Positions 25,955-39,608 of a DNA stretch of 64,000 nucleotides are shown one piece after another. The notes beneath the pieces are model-generated. The model was not told where the DNA came from, made no database searches, and saw only the letters and a list, made by a program, of their open reading frames with translations. Made by a program: the position numbers and the translations under genes. Source of the DNA: Octopus sinensis (lineage: Eukaryota); contig NC_043008.1 in NCBI RefSeq assembly GCF_006345805.1, positions 11,098,001-11,162,000 of the forward strand, in the 5' to 3' direction. The number at the start of each line of letters is the position of its first letter. The first letter of the stretch is position 1.

Positions 25955-26120
25955 ATATCGCTTGAAACCGATGTTGGTATGAATACGTCCCCTTTATCTA
26001 GCGGTTCAGCAACTGTTACTGATAGAGTAAGTACTATGCTTACAAAGAATAAGTCCTGAGGTCGATTTGTTTGATCAAAGGTGCACTCCAGCATGGCCGC
26101 ATTAAAATGACCCAAACTAT
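25955..26120 (+). mobile_element. SINE family B 3' half
   Basis: tcgcttgaaaccgatgttggt...acaaagaataagtcctgaggtcgattt...ctccagcatggccgc. Confidence 0.85.
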
Positions 26121-26952
26121 TAAAAGATTAGAGGAATACACACGCACACACATACACACACATATATATATAATATAAATAGTATATAAATATATGCATA
26201 TATATACATACATATATGTACATACCTACATATATATATGTATATATACATGCATGTATGTGTACAGGACATCAAAAAAACGTTGAACACAATGAGAAAC
26301 GAAAACATAAAAACAAAAACATGGAAACGGACTTTTTTTCGAAGAACGAAAAATAACAAGTAAACGGAGAAACAAGACATCCAACATAAAGAATATTCCC
26401 CTTATTTAGTTGTCCTTGTTTCATCCACTCCACGTTCGAAGGCAAGGACTAGACGTGACTTCGCTGAAACAGTCCTTCCCGCAAAACAAATTAAATGAAA
26501 TTTGAATTTTTTTACGAAGCGTGAAAGCGGTAACAAGAACAGGACAGTGAGAACAAAACAGTAAAAACAAACGGTGAGGGCTGTTAAGCCGACGCGACAG
26601 AATAATTATTCTGAACGCGAGGAAGACGAACTTATGAAGGAGGCAGTATAAGCAAGTTTTTTTCTTTTCGAAGGTTTTGGGCAGAAAGACAGATTATCCT
26701 TCCTGACATGTCAGCGATGAGAGAGTCGAGGAGGAAGAGGAGTGAGAGAGCGGGAAAGGTGAAGAGGAGAGGGAGAGGAATAGAGAAGGGTGGGAGAGGA
26801 AACCAGAAAGGATGAAGAAAAAGAGAGGGAGAGAGATAGACAGAGAAATGATAGTAGAGATAGACGAGTGCACATCGTAATTATTAAGATAAACTTTACT
26901 TGGAAAAGGATGCGTGGCGTTCGATCATATAATAATATAAAGAATATATAAA

Positions 26953-27032
<80 letters not shown>

Positions 27033-27596
27033 GTAGGAAAGTACAGAAGCTAAAGGTTTATATGTTTAAAAAACAGTTTTAACTCGAACCTTTCTATTTG
27101 TTGCAGAGCCATATTTCGAGTCCACTACTTCACGCAATCAACTTTGTTATATATTATATATCCACTATTTTATAATGGCTAATGCCATTTTATATCCAGT
27201 GTTTGTGGTGAATAAACGTCTCGACCGTCGGGTAGAAATGTAAACTGCAAGCCAGAAATGCTATTTTATGAGAAAAATAACCATATCCATATAATATTTT
27301 TTACAGGCAGCTATGTTGGCTAAATCTCATAGTAGTCAAACTTCTATATATTAAACATAAAATGAGTTTACATATCTTAAACACCAATCAATGAGAGAAA
27401 TCGGATAGACAATAAAATAATAGAATACGGAGTATATATCTATCACTGTCTATCACATACCAGGTGACCGTACTATCGATTACATTTCCGAACACCAGCC
27501 AGTCCGGGTGTCGTGTCACGTGCTTACAATACGTCTAAATTTTCTAGTTTTCTGCTCAGTATTCAGAAAACTATGACACGTTCACATCAGGATATT

Positions 27597-27612
27597 TATT
27601 ATATAAAATCCG

Positions 27613-27647
<35 letters not shown>

Positions 27648-27830
27648 TTCTTGCATCTCGGGCATCCTCCATCTGATTGCGCTCAAATTTGATATGTAGA
27701 TACCGACGGTATCAGTTCGTGTATAAAATTACAAATATCACAAAAATCGATTCCAGGTGAGAATGCGATCGATAAAGCCGTGGGAACGTGCATTTGTAAA
27801 ATCGTTTTTCTTGGAATAGAAAAAATGTCT
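27597..27830 (+). mobile_element. Probable non-autonomous Helitron/DINE-like element with (GT)n
   Basis: (GT)n followed by ...ctgattgcgctcaaatttgatatgtagata..., an arrangement typical of such elements; family assignment is inference. Confidence 0.35.
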
Positions 27831-27994
27831 ATCTTTATTTCTTCTATTGCTGGTGTCTCAAATTTATGTTAAATCAGCGTTTCTCAAAGGGGAGGCACAT
27901 GGGGCGGTCGGACAAGTTGTTTTGAGAAAATTTGGTTTAAATGTTTGACAATTCAGCACATTTTTCTCGTAAATATATATTATATAAAGGAATG

Positions 27995-28150
27995 GTTTTG
28001 TGGTCATAATGATCGCTTCGAATCTATGTTGGTCTCGAGTTCAGTCCCATTGCGTAGCACCTTGGGTAAGTGCCTTCTATTATAGCCCCGTGTCAAACAG
28101 TACTTTGCAAGGGAATTTGATGGCCGGAAACTCTGAGGAAGGTTGTCGTA
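27995..28150 (+). mobile_element. SINE family B (CORE-type) 5' half
   Basis: gagttcagtcccattgcgtagcaccttgggtaagtgccttctattatagcc...ggttgtcgtata. Confidence 0.75.
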
Positions 28151-28399
28151 TATATATATATATATATATAATATATCGGACAACACCACAGACCAAACAC
28201 GAATAAATAAGGAAAGTAATCTTATTCAAAAATACAGACCACAACTAAACATACTCTAACATACCCCCTGGAAACACATCCAGAGCAAGCACACAGGGAC
28301 GCGCGCACGCTCACAGCATATCGTGCGGGCGGGCACATGCGCGCATCGGCACGCATAGGACACACTAGCGGGCATTGACCGCACACATACGTGGCATGC

Positions 28400-28695
28400 A
28401 CATGCATGCATTATATATATGTAGGTGATGTATGTGTGTGAGTGTTGTGTGTGTGTGTGTGTGTGGTGTGTGTGCACGTTGTGTGTGTGTGTGTGCGCGG
28501 GTGTATATATATATGTGTGTGTGTGTGTGCACTGTGTGCGTGTGTGTGTATGTGTGTGCGTGCGCGCGCGTTGTGTGTATGTGTGTGTGCACGTGTGTAT
28601 ATATGTGTGTGTGTGTGCACTGTGTACGGGTGTGTGTGTATGTGTGTGTGTGAGCATTGTGTACGTATGTATGTATTTACATGTGTATTTGTTTT

Positions 28696-28742
<47 letters not shown>

Positions 28743-28937
28743 TGTGTGTGTATATGCATGGTATGTGTGTATATGTTAGTACTTTGTTTGTGTGTGTGTG
28801 CGGCATGTAGAGATATATTTGAGTGTGTACGCTATAGGTTGTAATTTGTGTGTGGGGGGGGAGTGAATTTTATATATATATATATATGTATGTGTATGTG
28901 TGTGAAAAAATATATGTATGTGCATGTATGTATGTAT

Positions 28938-28969
<32 letters not shown>

Positions 28970-29721
28970 GTGTATATATATGTGTGTGTGTGTATGTGTG
29001 TGTGTATATTTATTTGCTTGTTTATGTGTGTATAAACATGTACATTATTTGCATGCGCATTGTGTATATGTATATTGTATGTATGTGTATTGTATATGTA
29101 TGTGTACAATTAAGTGTATATATGTGTGTGTATGTGTGCAGTGTATATATGTATATTGTAGGTGTGCTATATATGCATGAATACATGTATGTGCATTGCG
29201 TGTATATATATGTATACATTGTGTATGTATGTTATGTGTGTGTGTGTGTATATATATATTATATGTATGCGTACGTGTATGTGTATGCGTTGTATGTATG
29301 TGTATTGTGTGTATATGTGGTACATCTATGTATGTGTATGTAAACACTATTTATATGTATATGTGTATATATGTATATGCATTGTCTATATATATATATT
29401 ATATGTATGTACTGCGTATGTATATTGCATGCATATATTGTGTATGTATATTACTTACATGCTGTATGTGTGTATTGTATGTGTGTATATATATGCTAGG
29501 TGTATTTGTGTGATATTTATATTATGTATGTATGTGTGCGTGTGTTGTGTGTGTGTGTGTGTGTGTGTTGTGTGTGTATGTGTGTTATATATCTGTGTAT
29601 GTTATATATAGATACATATTATATTTGTGTGCTGTGTGTATATGTGATATATGTGGGTGCGTTGTGTGTGGGTGTGTGTGTTCTGTGTGTGTGTGTGTGT
29701 GTTGTTGTGTGTGTGTGTGTG

Positions 29722-29789
<68 letters not shown>

Positions 29790-29795
29790 GTGTGA
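28400..29795. repeat. About 1.4-kb degenerate (TG)/(TA)/(TATG) low-complexity tract
   Basis: Read directly; source of many spurious Cys/Val/Tyr/His-Thr ORFs. Confidence 0.95.
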
Positions 29796-30220
29796 CAAAC
29801 AGACGCTATCTGACCAGCGGGCACGGACACATCTATTCACACCCGCATACTAACCTCCTGATAACCCCAAAATCATTCATGCATAAAGGGGAAGTATACA
29901 CCACATTGGCTACTTCCTCTGTTCTCTCAGTTCAGCCTTTCTGCTAATACCAACAGGTCAGTAAAAACATATTCTAGCCTTGTACTTAAAATATTCTGAG
30001 ATGTATAAAAAATCCATTTTAATTTTTGCTGTCAAAAGGCTGTATATATATACCGAAGATTGTATATATATACATGTAATGTGACAATTTGCGACAACCA
30101 ATAATTAACGCAACCAATTCCCAATAATATATTTGTTTTATCCCTTTCTGCCAAATTTTCCCAAATATTCTCATCACACTATTGAACTTCTCTGTTACCA
30201 AACACTATATTTATACATGT

Positions 30221-30360
30221 AATGTGACAATTATGTATAAAAAAACATTTTTGAATTCATAATATCCAATGTGACAATTATGTAAAAACTTTTTTGAATG
30301 CATAATATTCAATGTGACAATTATGTAAAAAACTTTTTTTGAACCCATATTATTCAATGT
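30221..30360. repeat. Minisatellite, three copies of a 43-47-bp unit
   Basis: aatgtgacaattatgta... starts at 30221, 30268 and 30311. Confidence 0.85.
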
Positions 30361-30455
30361 TTCCTTAAATGTAACTTTTGACAATCTTTTACCAAAGAGT
30401 GAAACCGGTTAAGTAAATAAACATCGTTTAAATTGCATTTTCAAACCTTTTTTCT

Positions 30456-30494
<39 letters not shown>

Positions 30495-30551
30495 ACACAC
30501 ACATATATGTATTTATTTATATATACAGTTATGTATTTGTTTTGCAATATT

Positions 30552-30640
30552 CTTGCTCAAGGACACACTACGCGTCGCCGGGAATTGAACTCACGACCTT
30601 ACAATCGTAAACCGAATGCCCTTCCCGCTAAGCCACGCGC

Positions 30641-30643
<3 letters not shown>
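30552..30643 (-). mobile_element. SINE family C head
   Basis: cttgctcaaggacacactacgcgtcgccgggaattgaactcacgacc...aagccacgcgcct, same family as 35622-35900. Confidence 0.8.
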
Positions 30644-30672
<29 letters not shown>

Positions 30673-30692
30673 ATATATATATATATCTCTCT

Positions 30693-30737
<45 letters not shown>

Positions 30738-31154
30738 TATATGTATATATATAAAACACACACACACATATGTATGTATGTATATATATTAATACTAAGA
30801 CACATATTTATCATATATGTCGCTTTCCGGGACCAGACGCACACAGATTTTCACTGGTCCCGTGTGACTAATTAAATACAAGTTAGGCTTTATGTTGAAT
30901 AATTGACTTCATGTATAAATTAATCAGGACGAAACTTTTAGAATGTTGATATTAATGGCAACACAGAGCAGCATCTATCAAGATCCAGTGACAGGTAGAC
31001 ATTAAAGCAAAATAAATCAAGATTTAAAGAATGCATCGCAGACACAACATATTTAACAAACAAATAAGAACTGGTTTGGAGAATTAGTTTCTGAGACAGA
31101 CATTGATATCTCAACAGGGATGTACCGATGTAATATATTTCTTTTTCAAATTTT

Positions 31155-31335
31155 GGCACTAGGCCAGCAATTTCGAGGGAAGGGACTCAGTCGATTAGGT
31201 CGACCTCAGTTCTCAGCCGTTACTTCTTTTATCGGCCCCGAAATGATGAAAGGCAAGGTCGACCCCGGTAACATTTGAACTCATAGCATAAATACAGACG
31301 AAATGCCGATACGCGTGATAACAATGCTGCAAGCT
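31155..31335 (-). mobile_element. SINE family A, diverged
   Basis: gatgaaaggcaaggtcgacc...tttgaactc...gacgaaatgccg. Confidence 0.7.
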
Positions 31336-31344
31336 CTTCACCTC

Positions 31345-31542
31345 TTTACTCTTTTACTTGTTTCAGTAATTTGACTGCGGCCATGCTGTAGCACTGTCTT
31401 TAGTCGAGCAAATCGACCCCAGAACTTATTCTTTGGATGTCTAGTACTTATTCTATCGGTTTCTTTTGTTGAACCGCTAAGTTACGGGGACGTAAACACA
31501 CCAGCATCGGTTGTCACGCAATGTTGTGGGGGAAAAACAAAG

Positions 31543-31577
<35 letters not shown>

Positions 31578-31740
31578 AACGACGGGCTTCTTTCAGATTC
31601 CGTATAAGAAATCCACTTACAAGGGTTTCGTCGGCCCGAGGTCATAATAGAAGACTCTTGCGCAAGGTGCTACGCAGTTGGACTGAACCCAGGACATGAG
31701 TTTGGTAAGCAATCTACTTACCACACAGCCACTTCTGCGC
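31345..31740 (-). mobile_element. Full-length SINE family B with internal (CA)/(TA) microsatellite
   Basis: Tail cttttacttgtttcagt..gcggccatgctg through head cttaccacacagccacttctgcgc. Confidence 0.9.
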
Positions 31741-33769
31741 TTTCAATAAATTATTAAATATGATAAAGATGAATAAAAGTGAGTTTTCTTTTAATTATCC
31801 AATTTTACTGAGGTAGATAGTTAATTTCCTCGGACCGAGGTAATTAACTAGTTAAAAAAACAAAACAAATCAGTTGCCCACGGTTCCACATAGTACGCCC
31901 GAACCTGGAACCATGTGGTTGGGAAGCAAGCATGTTATCACACAGTCACGCCTACTCCTCTTTACATGAATATTATTTTGTTGGCTAAGTCTAAATTGAC
32001 GAGAGTAAATAACTCTGAGAGAACTTTGTGCTGCGTATTGTTAATTGTTTCTGGTTACATTGTATGAAGATTGAATAGATTATAGAGCTAATCCATTTGA
32101 GATAGATAAAGTATTCGAGCATTTTCAATATGAGAAACTATCTATAAAAAACGCAGTTATGTTCAAATTAATACCGACTCTCAAATATCAGCGACAAAAA
32201 AGCTGAAACATTTTGATTTGTTATTTCGCCGTTTCAGAAATCTAAGAGTTCAATAGAACTCTTTTAAGAAACCTACTAAATATGATAATGATGTGACAAG
32301 TTTAAAGTGTAATAATGTATTACGCTTCTGTAAAATAAAGGAATGGATAAATACCAAAGTGTATAGATTGAAAGATATAAACCAACAATAGACACAGGCA
32401 AATATATGAAGAGAGAGAGTATTTTAGTTTTTGACTTCAGCAAATCTGTACATCTGAAATATATCTTTCGAGATTGTCGCCATTGTCCTTTAGTCCTTTT
32501 ACAAAAACACTTAAACTGGCTTATTTCTATCAAATTGCTCCCCTCACATATACGTTCTTCGGTTTTATAGAGACGTCATAATCTCTATTAGAATGAATTT
32601 TTTGTTTAGTGAAAACTTAACGCTGCATTTCATTAATGCTTGAAATGAACCTAAGAATATCACAGATAAGAAAACGGATGAGAAAATATAGAGTAACCCT
32701 TGTACAATATAGTCCTGATCACTATAATACAGTTGTATTTCAGATGGATTTATTAAACCATGTTCGAGGAGATTGTGAAAAGTGTGGATTCAGTGCCGTT
32801 TCCTTTAGAAATATAGCTTTATAAATACCAAACTGCTTTCCTGACATCTCACATAATCATTATAAGATAAAAAATTAGGAGGTTTAGCTACTTGGTTGTT
32901 TGTTCCCTGAGAATTAAAATTATATGGCGAATCTATAACTTTATTCTACCATAATATTACTGTCATATCTATAACGGTTTGTTATATATCGTGATAAGTT
33001 TCATTCGTATAAACTTTCCTATAGAAATTGCGACATTAAATGTACGATAACATAAAGAAATTTCATCTAGTCAACAGTTAATTGGCATGATACACGGGAT
33101 TTAGTGTAACGTTGAACTGTCGATAAATATAACAAAGTAACCGTGAGAGTGGGAATATGTCATACAAATAATAGAATCTCAGTTTCATTATAGAAAGTAA
33201 GGAAAATACTTTCATGTTTGGACATTGTTCAGTGTTCCAAAACATAACACTTGGTCAGTGGTGAACCAGACCGATGGTGGCCTTAGAATATATACAAAAT
33301 ATGGCACTTTATAAAAGAGAAATAAAACTATCAGTTTTTTGTAAAACAATCGTGTTCAGACAAAACAAAAAGAGTAAAGTTTCTGATTGAAAACAAACGG
33401 GACGGAAGCACGATATTATTGCAAAATAGAACAGATAAGCATTATATACAAGGGATGTGTCTTTGAGCTGGTGACTGGGTTACACAAGAAAATGCTTAGA
33501 TAGGGAAAATGATAGAACAATGTTGGAGTTTATACAACCTAAGCAGAGGAATATTGGAAGTGTGTTGCCAGTGCAACACCTGCGAGGCAAAGAACAGCAG
33601 GAAAGAGTAGTGGATATCAGCAGGTAGGGGTAACATAAAAGGGAGTCAGAAAGAGGGAGAAAAGGTGATGATTGAGAAAGAGGGAATTAGTGAATGGTAG
33701 AAGAGGGAAAGTTACGGCGAGAAAAAGATGCTGAGCGTGGCAGTAAGAGGTAGACAATCAATTATAAAA

Positions 33770-34135
33770 TAATCTTTCTGACCTAGACACAGGGCCCGAA
33801 CGTTTGGGGGAGGGGGCCAGTCGAGTAGATCGAAACCAGTACACAACTGGTACTTAAATTATGGAGCACGAAAGAATGAAAGGCAAAGTCCACCACGGTG
33901 GAATTTGAACTAAGAACGTAAAGACAGACGAAATGCCTATTTCTTTACTGCCCACAGAGGGGACAAACAAGGACAGACAAACGGATTAAGTCGATTATAT
34001 CGACCCCAGTGGGTAACTGGTACTTAATTTATCAACCCCGAGAGGATGAAAGGCAAAGTCGACTTCGGCAGAATTTGAACTCAGAACGTAACGGCAGACG
34101 AAATAACGGCTGCGCATTTCGTCCGGCGTGCTAAC
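33770..34135 (-). mobile_element. SINE family A, dimeric
   Basis: Two central domains (gaatgaaaggcaaagtc / ggatgaaaggcaaagtcgac). Confidence 0.9.
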
Positions 34136-34391
34136 TAATTAAGAAGCCGGCGAGCTGTCAGCCGGCTTAATTATCATGAAATAATACGCCTGTACCGTAG
34201 AGTTGTAAATGAAATCAGGGTCATGAAAATCTAGCACGAGGACAAAAATATTCTCAGAGGTAATATAGGCATCTATATATATAGGTATCTAAGTAAAGTC
34301 TGGTGTACGATATTTTAATTGGCCTCAGAAACACAAAATAATAGCCATCTTTATGTTTCTAATAAAACGGTCAAAGGGGAATCCTTCATAG

Positions 34392-34489
<98 letters not shown>

Positions 34490-34497
34490 CTATATAC

Positions 34498-34530
<33 letters not shown>

Positions 34531-34815
34531 GGTGCAGGAGTGGTTATGTGGTAAGTAGCTTGCTTACAAACCACACGGATATGGGTTCAATCCCACTGCA
34601 TAGCATCTTGGGCAAGTGTCTTCTACTATAGCTTGTGAGTGGATTTGGTAGACCGAAACTGAAAGAAGCCTGTCGTATATATTTTTGTGTCATTGTTTGC
34701 CTCCCCCTGGCATCGCTTGATAAACCGATGTTGGTGTGTTTACGTATCCGTAACTTAGTGGTTCGGCAAAAAGACACCGATAGAATAAATACAAGGTTTA
34801 CCAAATAATAAGTCT
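34531..34815 (+). mobile_element. SINE family B, internally shortened, abutting (TA)n
   Basis: ggtgcaggagtggttatgtggtaagtagcttgcttac...gggcaagtgtcttctactatagc...aataagtc. Confidence 0.85.
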
Positions 34816-35555
34816 TCTCACACTCTGATCGAGTGCTACAGTGGTTGTTGAGATATATGGCGTGTCGTGGGGTGGGTGGAATTAAATAGATCTGGCGGAG
34901 CCCATCACCCTCCAAGTCTAATCACAGTCGAATTTTTTCACATGGCAAAACAACCGGTGATCGTTTGTTTACATTGTCATAAATTACTGATCCTGCAAAT
35001 GGTGTCGATAGAAAAGTACTGAAATAATAAATACATAGGTCGATGTTTTCGACAAAATCACTTCAATGTGTCTGTGGGTCTTTGTGTAAGTGTTTGGGCC
35101 CCCTCCACTTGTGTGTGTACGTCCTCGTGACTTAGCAGTACGGCAAAAGAAATCGTTGGAATAAGTATCAGGTTTTAAAAAGTTAATTAGTGGGGTCGAT
35201 TCTCTCGACTAAATTTTGAAAAGTTGTGTCCATTAGTTCGACTGAAATTCGAAAGAATGTTCTTTCAGCGATAACCATCATGTCCTCCTTTCTGACTTGT
35301 GTATCTAAAACTGTACCGTTATCAAAAGCGGTCTTTCGTTAAGAAGTGAGGGAGATATAACCGGCGTCTGAATGTTCGACGCTATTGTTTGAGGTAAGAA
35401 GCTGAGAGATCAACAAATCGTGAAACGGTTCGTGAAGAGTCTTATCTACTCTTTCCGTGCAGGAAAATATAAAAGCACTTGTTCACATTTTCTTTATCAA
35501 CCACCACCAAGCATGATGCTGCTGATGCTGATGCTATATATATATACATACATAT

Positions 35556-35614
<59 letters not shown>

Positions 35615-35621
35615 AAAAGAC

Positions 35622-35900
35622 TCCGCCGGTTACGACGACGAGGGTCCCAGCTGATACGATCAACGGAACAGCTTGCTCGTGAAATTAACGTGCAAATGGC
35701 TGAGCATTCCACAGACACGTGTACCCTTAACGTAGTTCTCGGGGATAATCAGCGTGACACAGAGAGTGACAAGGCTGACCCTTTGAAATACAAGTACAAC
35801 TCATTTTTGCCAGCTGAGTGGACTGGAGCAACGTGAAATAAAGTGTCTTGCTCAAGGACACAACGCGTCGCCGGGAATCGAACTCACAACCTTACGATCT
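35622..35900 (-). mobile_element. SINE family C (Deu/Nin-like central domain)
   Basis: actcatttttgccagctgagtggactggagcaacgtgaaat..gtgtcttgctcaaggacacaac; tail ctccgccggttacgacgacgaggg. Confidence 0.85.
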
Positions 35901-36071
35901 ATATATATATATATATCCATACACACACACACATATATAAATACATACACACACACACACACATGTATATATATATATATAGGGAGCAGAATTCACAAAA
36001 AAAAAGACGAAGACAGGTGGTGTAGAAAACAAACAGATGTATTAGTATAACGCTCGGGAATTGAAAAAAGT

Positions 36072-36107
36072 CTTTAACGTTTCGAGCCTACGCTCTTCCA
36101 TAGAAAG
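36072..36107 (-). ncRNA. Degenerate minimal hammerhead relic in a short Penelope-like repeat
   Basis: CUUU-CUAUGGA-A-GAGC(GUAG)GCUC-GAAA-C-GUU-AAAG: stems I and II retained, core mutated, GUU site. Confidence 0.45.
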
Positions 36108-36283
36108 GAACACAGAAAGAAAGAAGGAGAGGAAAAATGTGTGTAGTGGCTACCGATCTATCATGGTGAAATATATATATACACACATATATATATATAT
36201 ATATGTGTGTGGAAGGGGGATTGCCAGTTTGTGTGCGTTCGTTCGTGTGTGAGTTGAAGTAAGAGGCTGGTGGTATACAATCA

Positions 36284-36448
36284 GGCGCAGGAGTGGCTGT
36301 GTGGTAAGTAGCTTGTTTACCAAACACATGTTTCCAGGTTCAGTCCCACTGCGTGGCACCTTGGGCAAGTGTCTTCTACTATAGCCTCTGGCCGACCAAA
36401 GCCTTGTGAGTGAATTTGGTAGACGGAAACTGAAACAAGCCCGTCGTA

Positions 36449-36492
<44 letters not shown>

Positions 36493-36722
36493 TGTGTGTG
36501 TTTGTGTGTCTGTGTTTGTCCCACTAGCATTGCTTGACAACCGATGCTGGTGTGTTTATGTCCCCGTTACTTAGCGGTTCGACAAAAAAGACCGATAGAA
36601 TAAGAACTGGGCTTACAAAAAGAATAAGTCTCGGGGTCGAGTTGCTCGATTAAAAGGCGGTGCTCCAGCATAGCCGCGATCAGATGACTGAAACAAGTAA
36701 AAGAGTAAAAAGTAAAAGAGTA
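36284..36722 (+). mobile_element. Full-length SINE family B with internal (TA)n(TG)n
   Basis: ggcgcaggagtggctgtgtggtaag...ggcaagtgtcttctactatagcc...ggtgctccagcatagccgc...gactgaaacaagtaaaagagtaaa. Confidence 0.92.
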
Positions 36723-37684
36723 ATCATATTTTTGCAAATTTTCAGACAAGGTCTAAATAAATTCGTCTCCCTACAGAACGCACCATACAACATAGTTTAG
36801 ATAATAAAGACACGTGTTGTCTGCTACCTCTGTGAGAATATAATATAGAGCAGACTTTAGAACATATACAAATGAATTATGTTGGCCGCTTTGGGAAAAC
36901 AGCTCTGAGAAAACTGATGCTGCTCCCAATTAAATTATTTGCATCAGATATGTTGTATCTGTCAATTTCCATTACTTTTATTGTTTCCCAATTTAAAATA
37001 AAAATCATCTCACTCACCACAGTAAGTTAACACTAACTCTTTAATTATATTTCTATGTCGTCTCCGTATTGCAATGAACCTCGGTTATACGTTTTACGAA
37101 ACTCGTCCATTGCATAGCTTTGAAACTAGTTTTGAATTTGGTATTTACCAGGCAAGTTTGAAAATAGAAGGAAAAGATCTTTAGACAGGGTCAGCGCTAA
37201 GTAAACCGTGTTACATTCGAAATCTTCAATGTTTTTTTTTTCTGTTACTCACGGGATACCGCAGCGACAATGCAATGTTAGAGGTCAAATATATTCTAAA
37301 CATATTTTTAATATCGTTTGATCATCGTTATTAATGCCAGCTCGCCGCACTATGAGATCAAATTTGGTTTTCAACATTTTGTTGTTTATACCGTCCTAAT
37401 ACAAGCGCAATTTACTCTTCTTTCAATCGCTCTCTCTCTCTTTCTCTTATTGTCTCACTATCTTTCAATTACACTTTGTATTCGCAACATCCTTATATAT
37501 CACAGTAGTTTGGCCTGAGAATTGTGTAAAGCTTGCAATTGTCTTGGGAAAGGAATGAATCGAGAACAGGGTTTTTGACATCGAACTAATTGTGACCATA
37601 GTGCATTTCGGCACTGAAGACAGAAATATCCGCATGCAAATATATATATATATATATATATAATATATATATATATATATTATA

Positions 37685-37737
<53 letters not shown>

Positions 37738-38148
37738 GCGGGAGATTACAGTATATTAATTGAACTCGATGGATACAAACATTTGTGTTCTTTCCTCGTA
37801 CACTTAATGAGAAAGGAGAGAAATATGAGGACGTGCTCTACCGTCTCTTCTCTTTGTGTAACTCCTCTGGGTAAATAAATAAATCCTTTTCATTATTATC
37901 AAGGTGAGAGCTAGCCAAATCCTTAGCACGCCAGACAAAATGCTTAGTGGCATTTCGTTCGTGGACTTTGCCTTTCACCATTTGGGAGTTAAGAAAATAA
38001 TTACTTGCCTAGCCGTGGAACCGATTTAATTGACAATTCCCCTTAACCAAAATTGTTGACTTTTTTTCCAAAATTAGAAGGAGTTATTGTTTACGATATG
38101 AGGTAGCAAAATATTTAGTATCCGGACCGAAGGTTTAATAGAATTATA

Positions 38149-38571
38149 AGGTGGCGAGCTGGCAGAAACGTTAGCATGCCGGGCGAAATGTTTAGCGGTA
38201 TTTCGTCTGCCGCTACGTTCTGATTTCAAAATCCACCGAGGTCGACTTTGCCTTTCATCCTTTCGGGGTCGATAAATTAAGTACCAGTTACGCACTGCAC
38301 TGGGGTCGATGTAATCGACTTAATCCGTTCGTCTGTCCTTGTGTGTCCTCTCTGTGTTTAGCCCCTTGTGGGTAGTAAAGAAATAGGTATTTCGCCCGTT
38401 GCTACGTTCTGGGTTCAAAATCCGCCGAGGTCGACGTTGCCTTTCATCCTTTCGGGGTCGATAAATTAAGTACCAATTACGCACTGGGGTCGATGTAATC
38501 GACTTAATCCCTCTGCCTGTCCTTGTTTGTCCTCTCTGTGTTTAGCCCCCTGTGGGTAGTAAAGAAATAGG
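38149..38571 (+). mobile_element. SINE family A, dimeric
   Basis: Head ggtggcgagctggcagaaacgttag; central domain plus tail repeated after the junction aaagaaataggtatttcg. Confidence 0.92.
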
Positions 38572-39280
38572 TTTAACAGAATTTCTTCTCGCATTAAGTG
38601 ACGCCAAGTAGACGGCGCATAAACGTCTGTGCCAGAACGTCTCATACGTCTACCGAATACTTAGCCATCTACACTTTAAATTCCCCAGTAGGAATTCAGT
38701 TGATAACATAAATGAATACTCACGATTGAAGTAGATATAGCATATACCCACACCACATACATACACGTGTGAGCTCGCACGCATATAATTATGTATGCGT
38801 AGTCACCAGTCGTTATTCTTCTGCTGGTATATCGATCTTCATATCAAGACATATATATTAGAGTCAAGTCTATTATGTAGCACAGTGATTACAATCACTA
38901 ATAGATTGACTGTCTACACTCAAGTGTATCGATATTTCCAATCAATATCTTTTGTGTTTCACCTGTCTCGACGTTAACCTATCATTTCACAAACAGTAAA
39001 GCACACACTTTCGATTGTTATGTATCATTTAGCTTGTGATAGAGTATACAATTAGACATAATTTAAATGCTGCAAATATACTAAATCTATGGATATGTGT
39101 AAACACTTTTATGAGAATTTACATATTATAATTATTGCTTTTGTTAATTAATTATCCAGCTATTTCCCATAATGACTGCGAGTGATTTTACCGTTTGAGA
39201 TTAAAAAAAGAACACTTATATAGAAAATAAGGAGTACCTGCAAGAAGTAATGTTTATAACCACATAATTAGGCTCTTCGG

Positions 39281-39386
39281 TAGGAACCGCCGTCATTGCT
39301 ATTTTTAACCCCAAGAGAACACCTCCTCCAACAAGCTGGAGGAGATGTCCTCCAGGGGTCGAAAATAGCAGTAATGCCGGTTTCTA
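39281..39386. other. 106-nt imperfect hairpin
   Basis: Nested pairings taggaaccg/cggtttcta, ttgctatttt/aaaatagcag, acccc/ggggt and ctcctcca/tggaggag. Confidence 0.7.
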
Positions 39387-39608
39387 TGGAACAGCGGTTT
39401 TTAAGTAGCGACAATCATTACTTCTTAGGATAGATACTGATTTCATCCCTTGTAGAGGTTTTCTAACAAGTTAATCTGCTTGTTCCAAGATCAGTGACCA
39501 TGGGTCAGTTGATTTCTATCAAATGCGAGTTGGAGTGGACTACTGCTATCTCTAGCAGACAAATTTCCACCACCGAAGATGACCAGATAGAGATCGAAAT
39601 CGAAAACT

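Noticed and set aside
30848-30882. 9-bp GC-rich stem cgggaccag/ctggtcccg as a Helitron end
   Set aside because: No adjacent CTRR terminus or matching 5' end could be identified.
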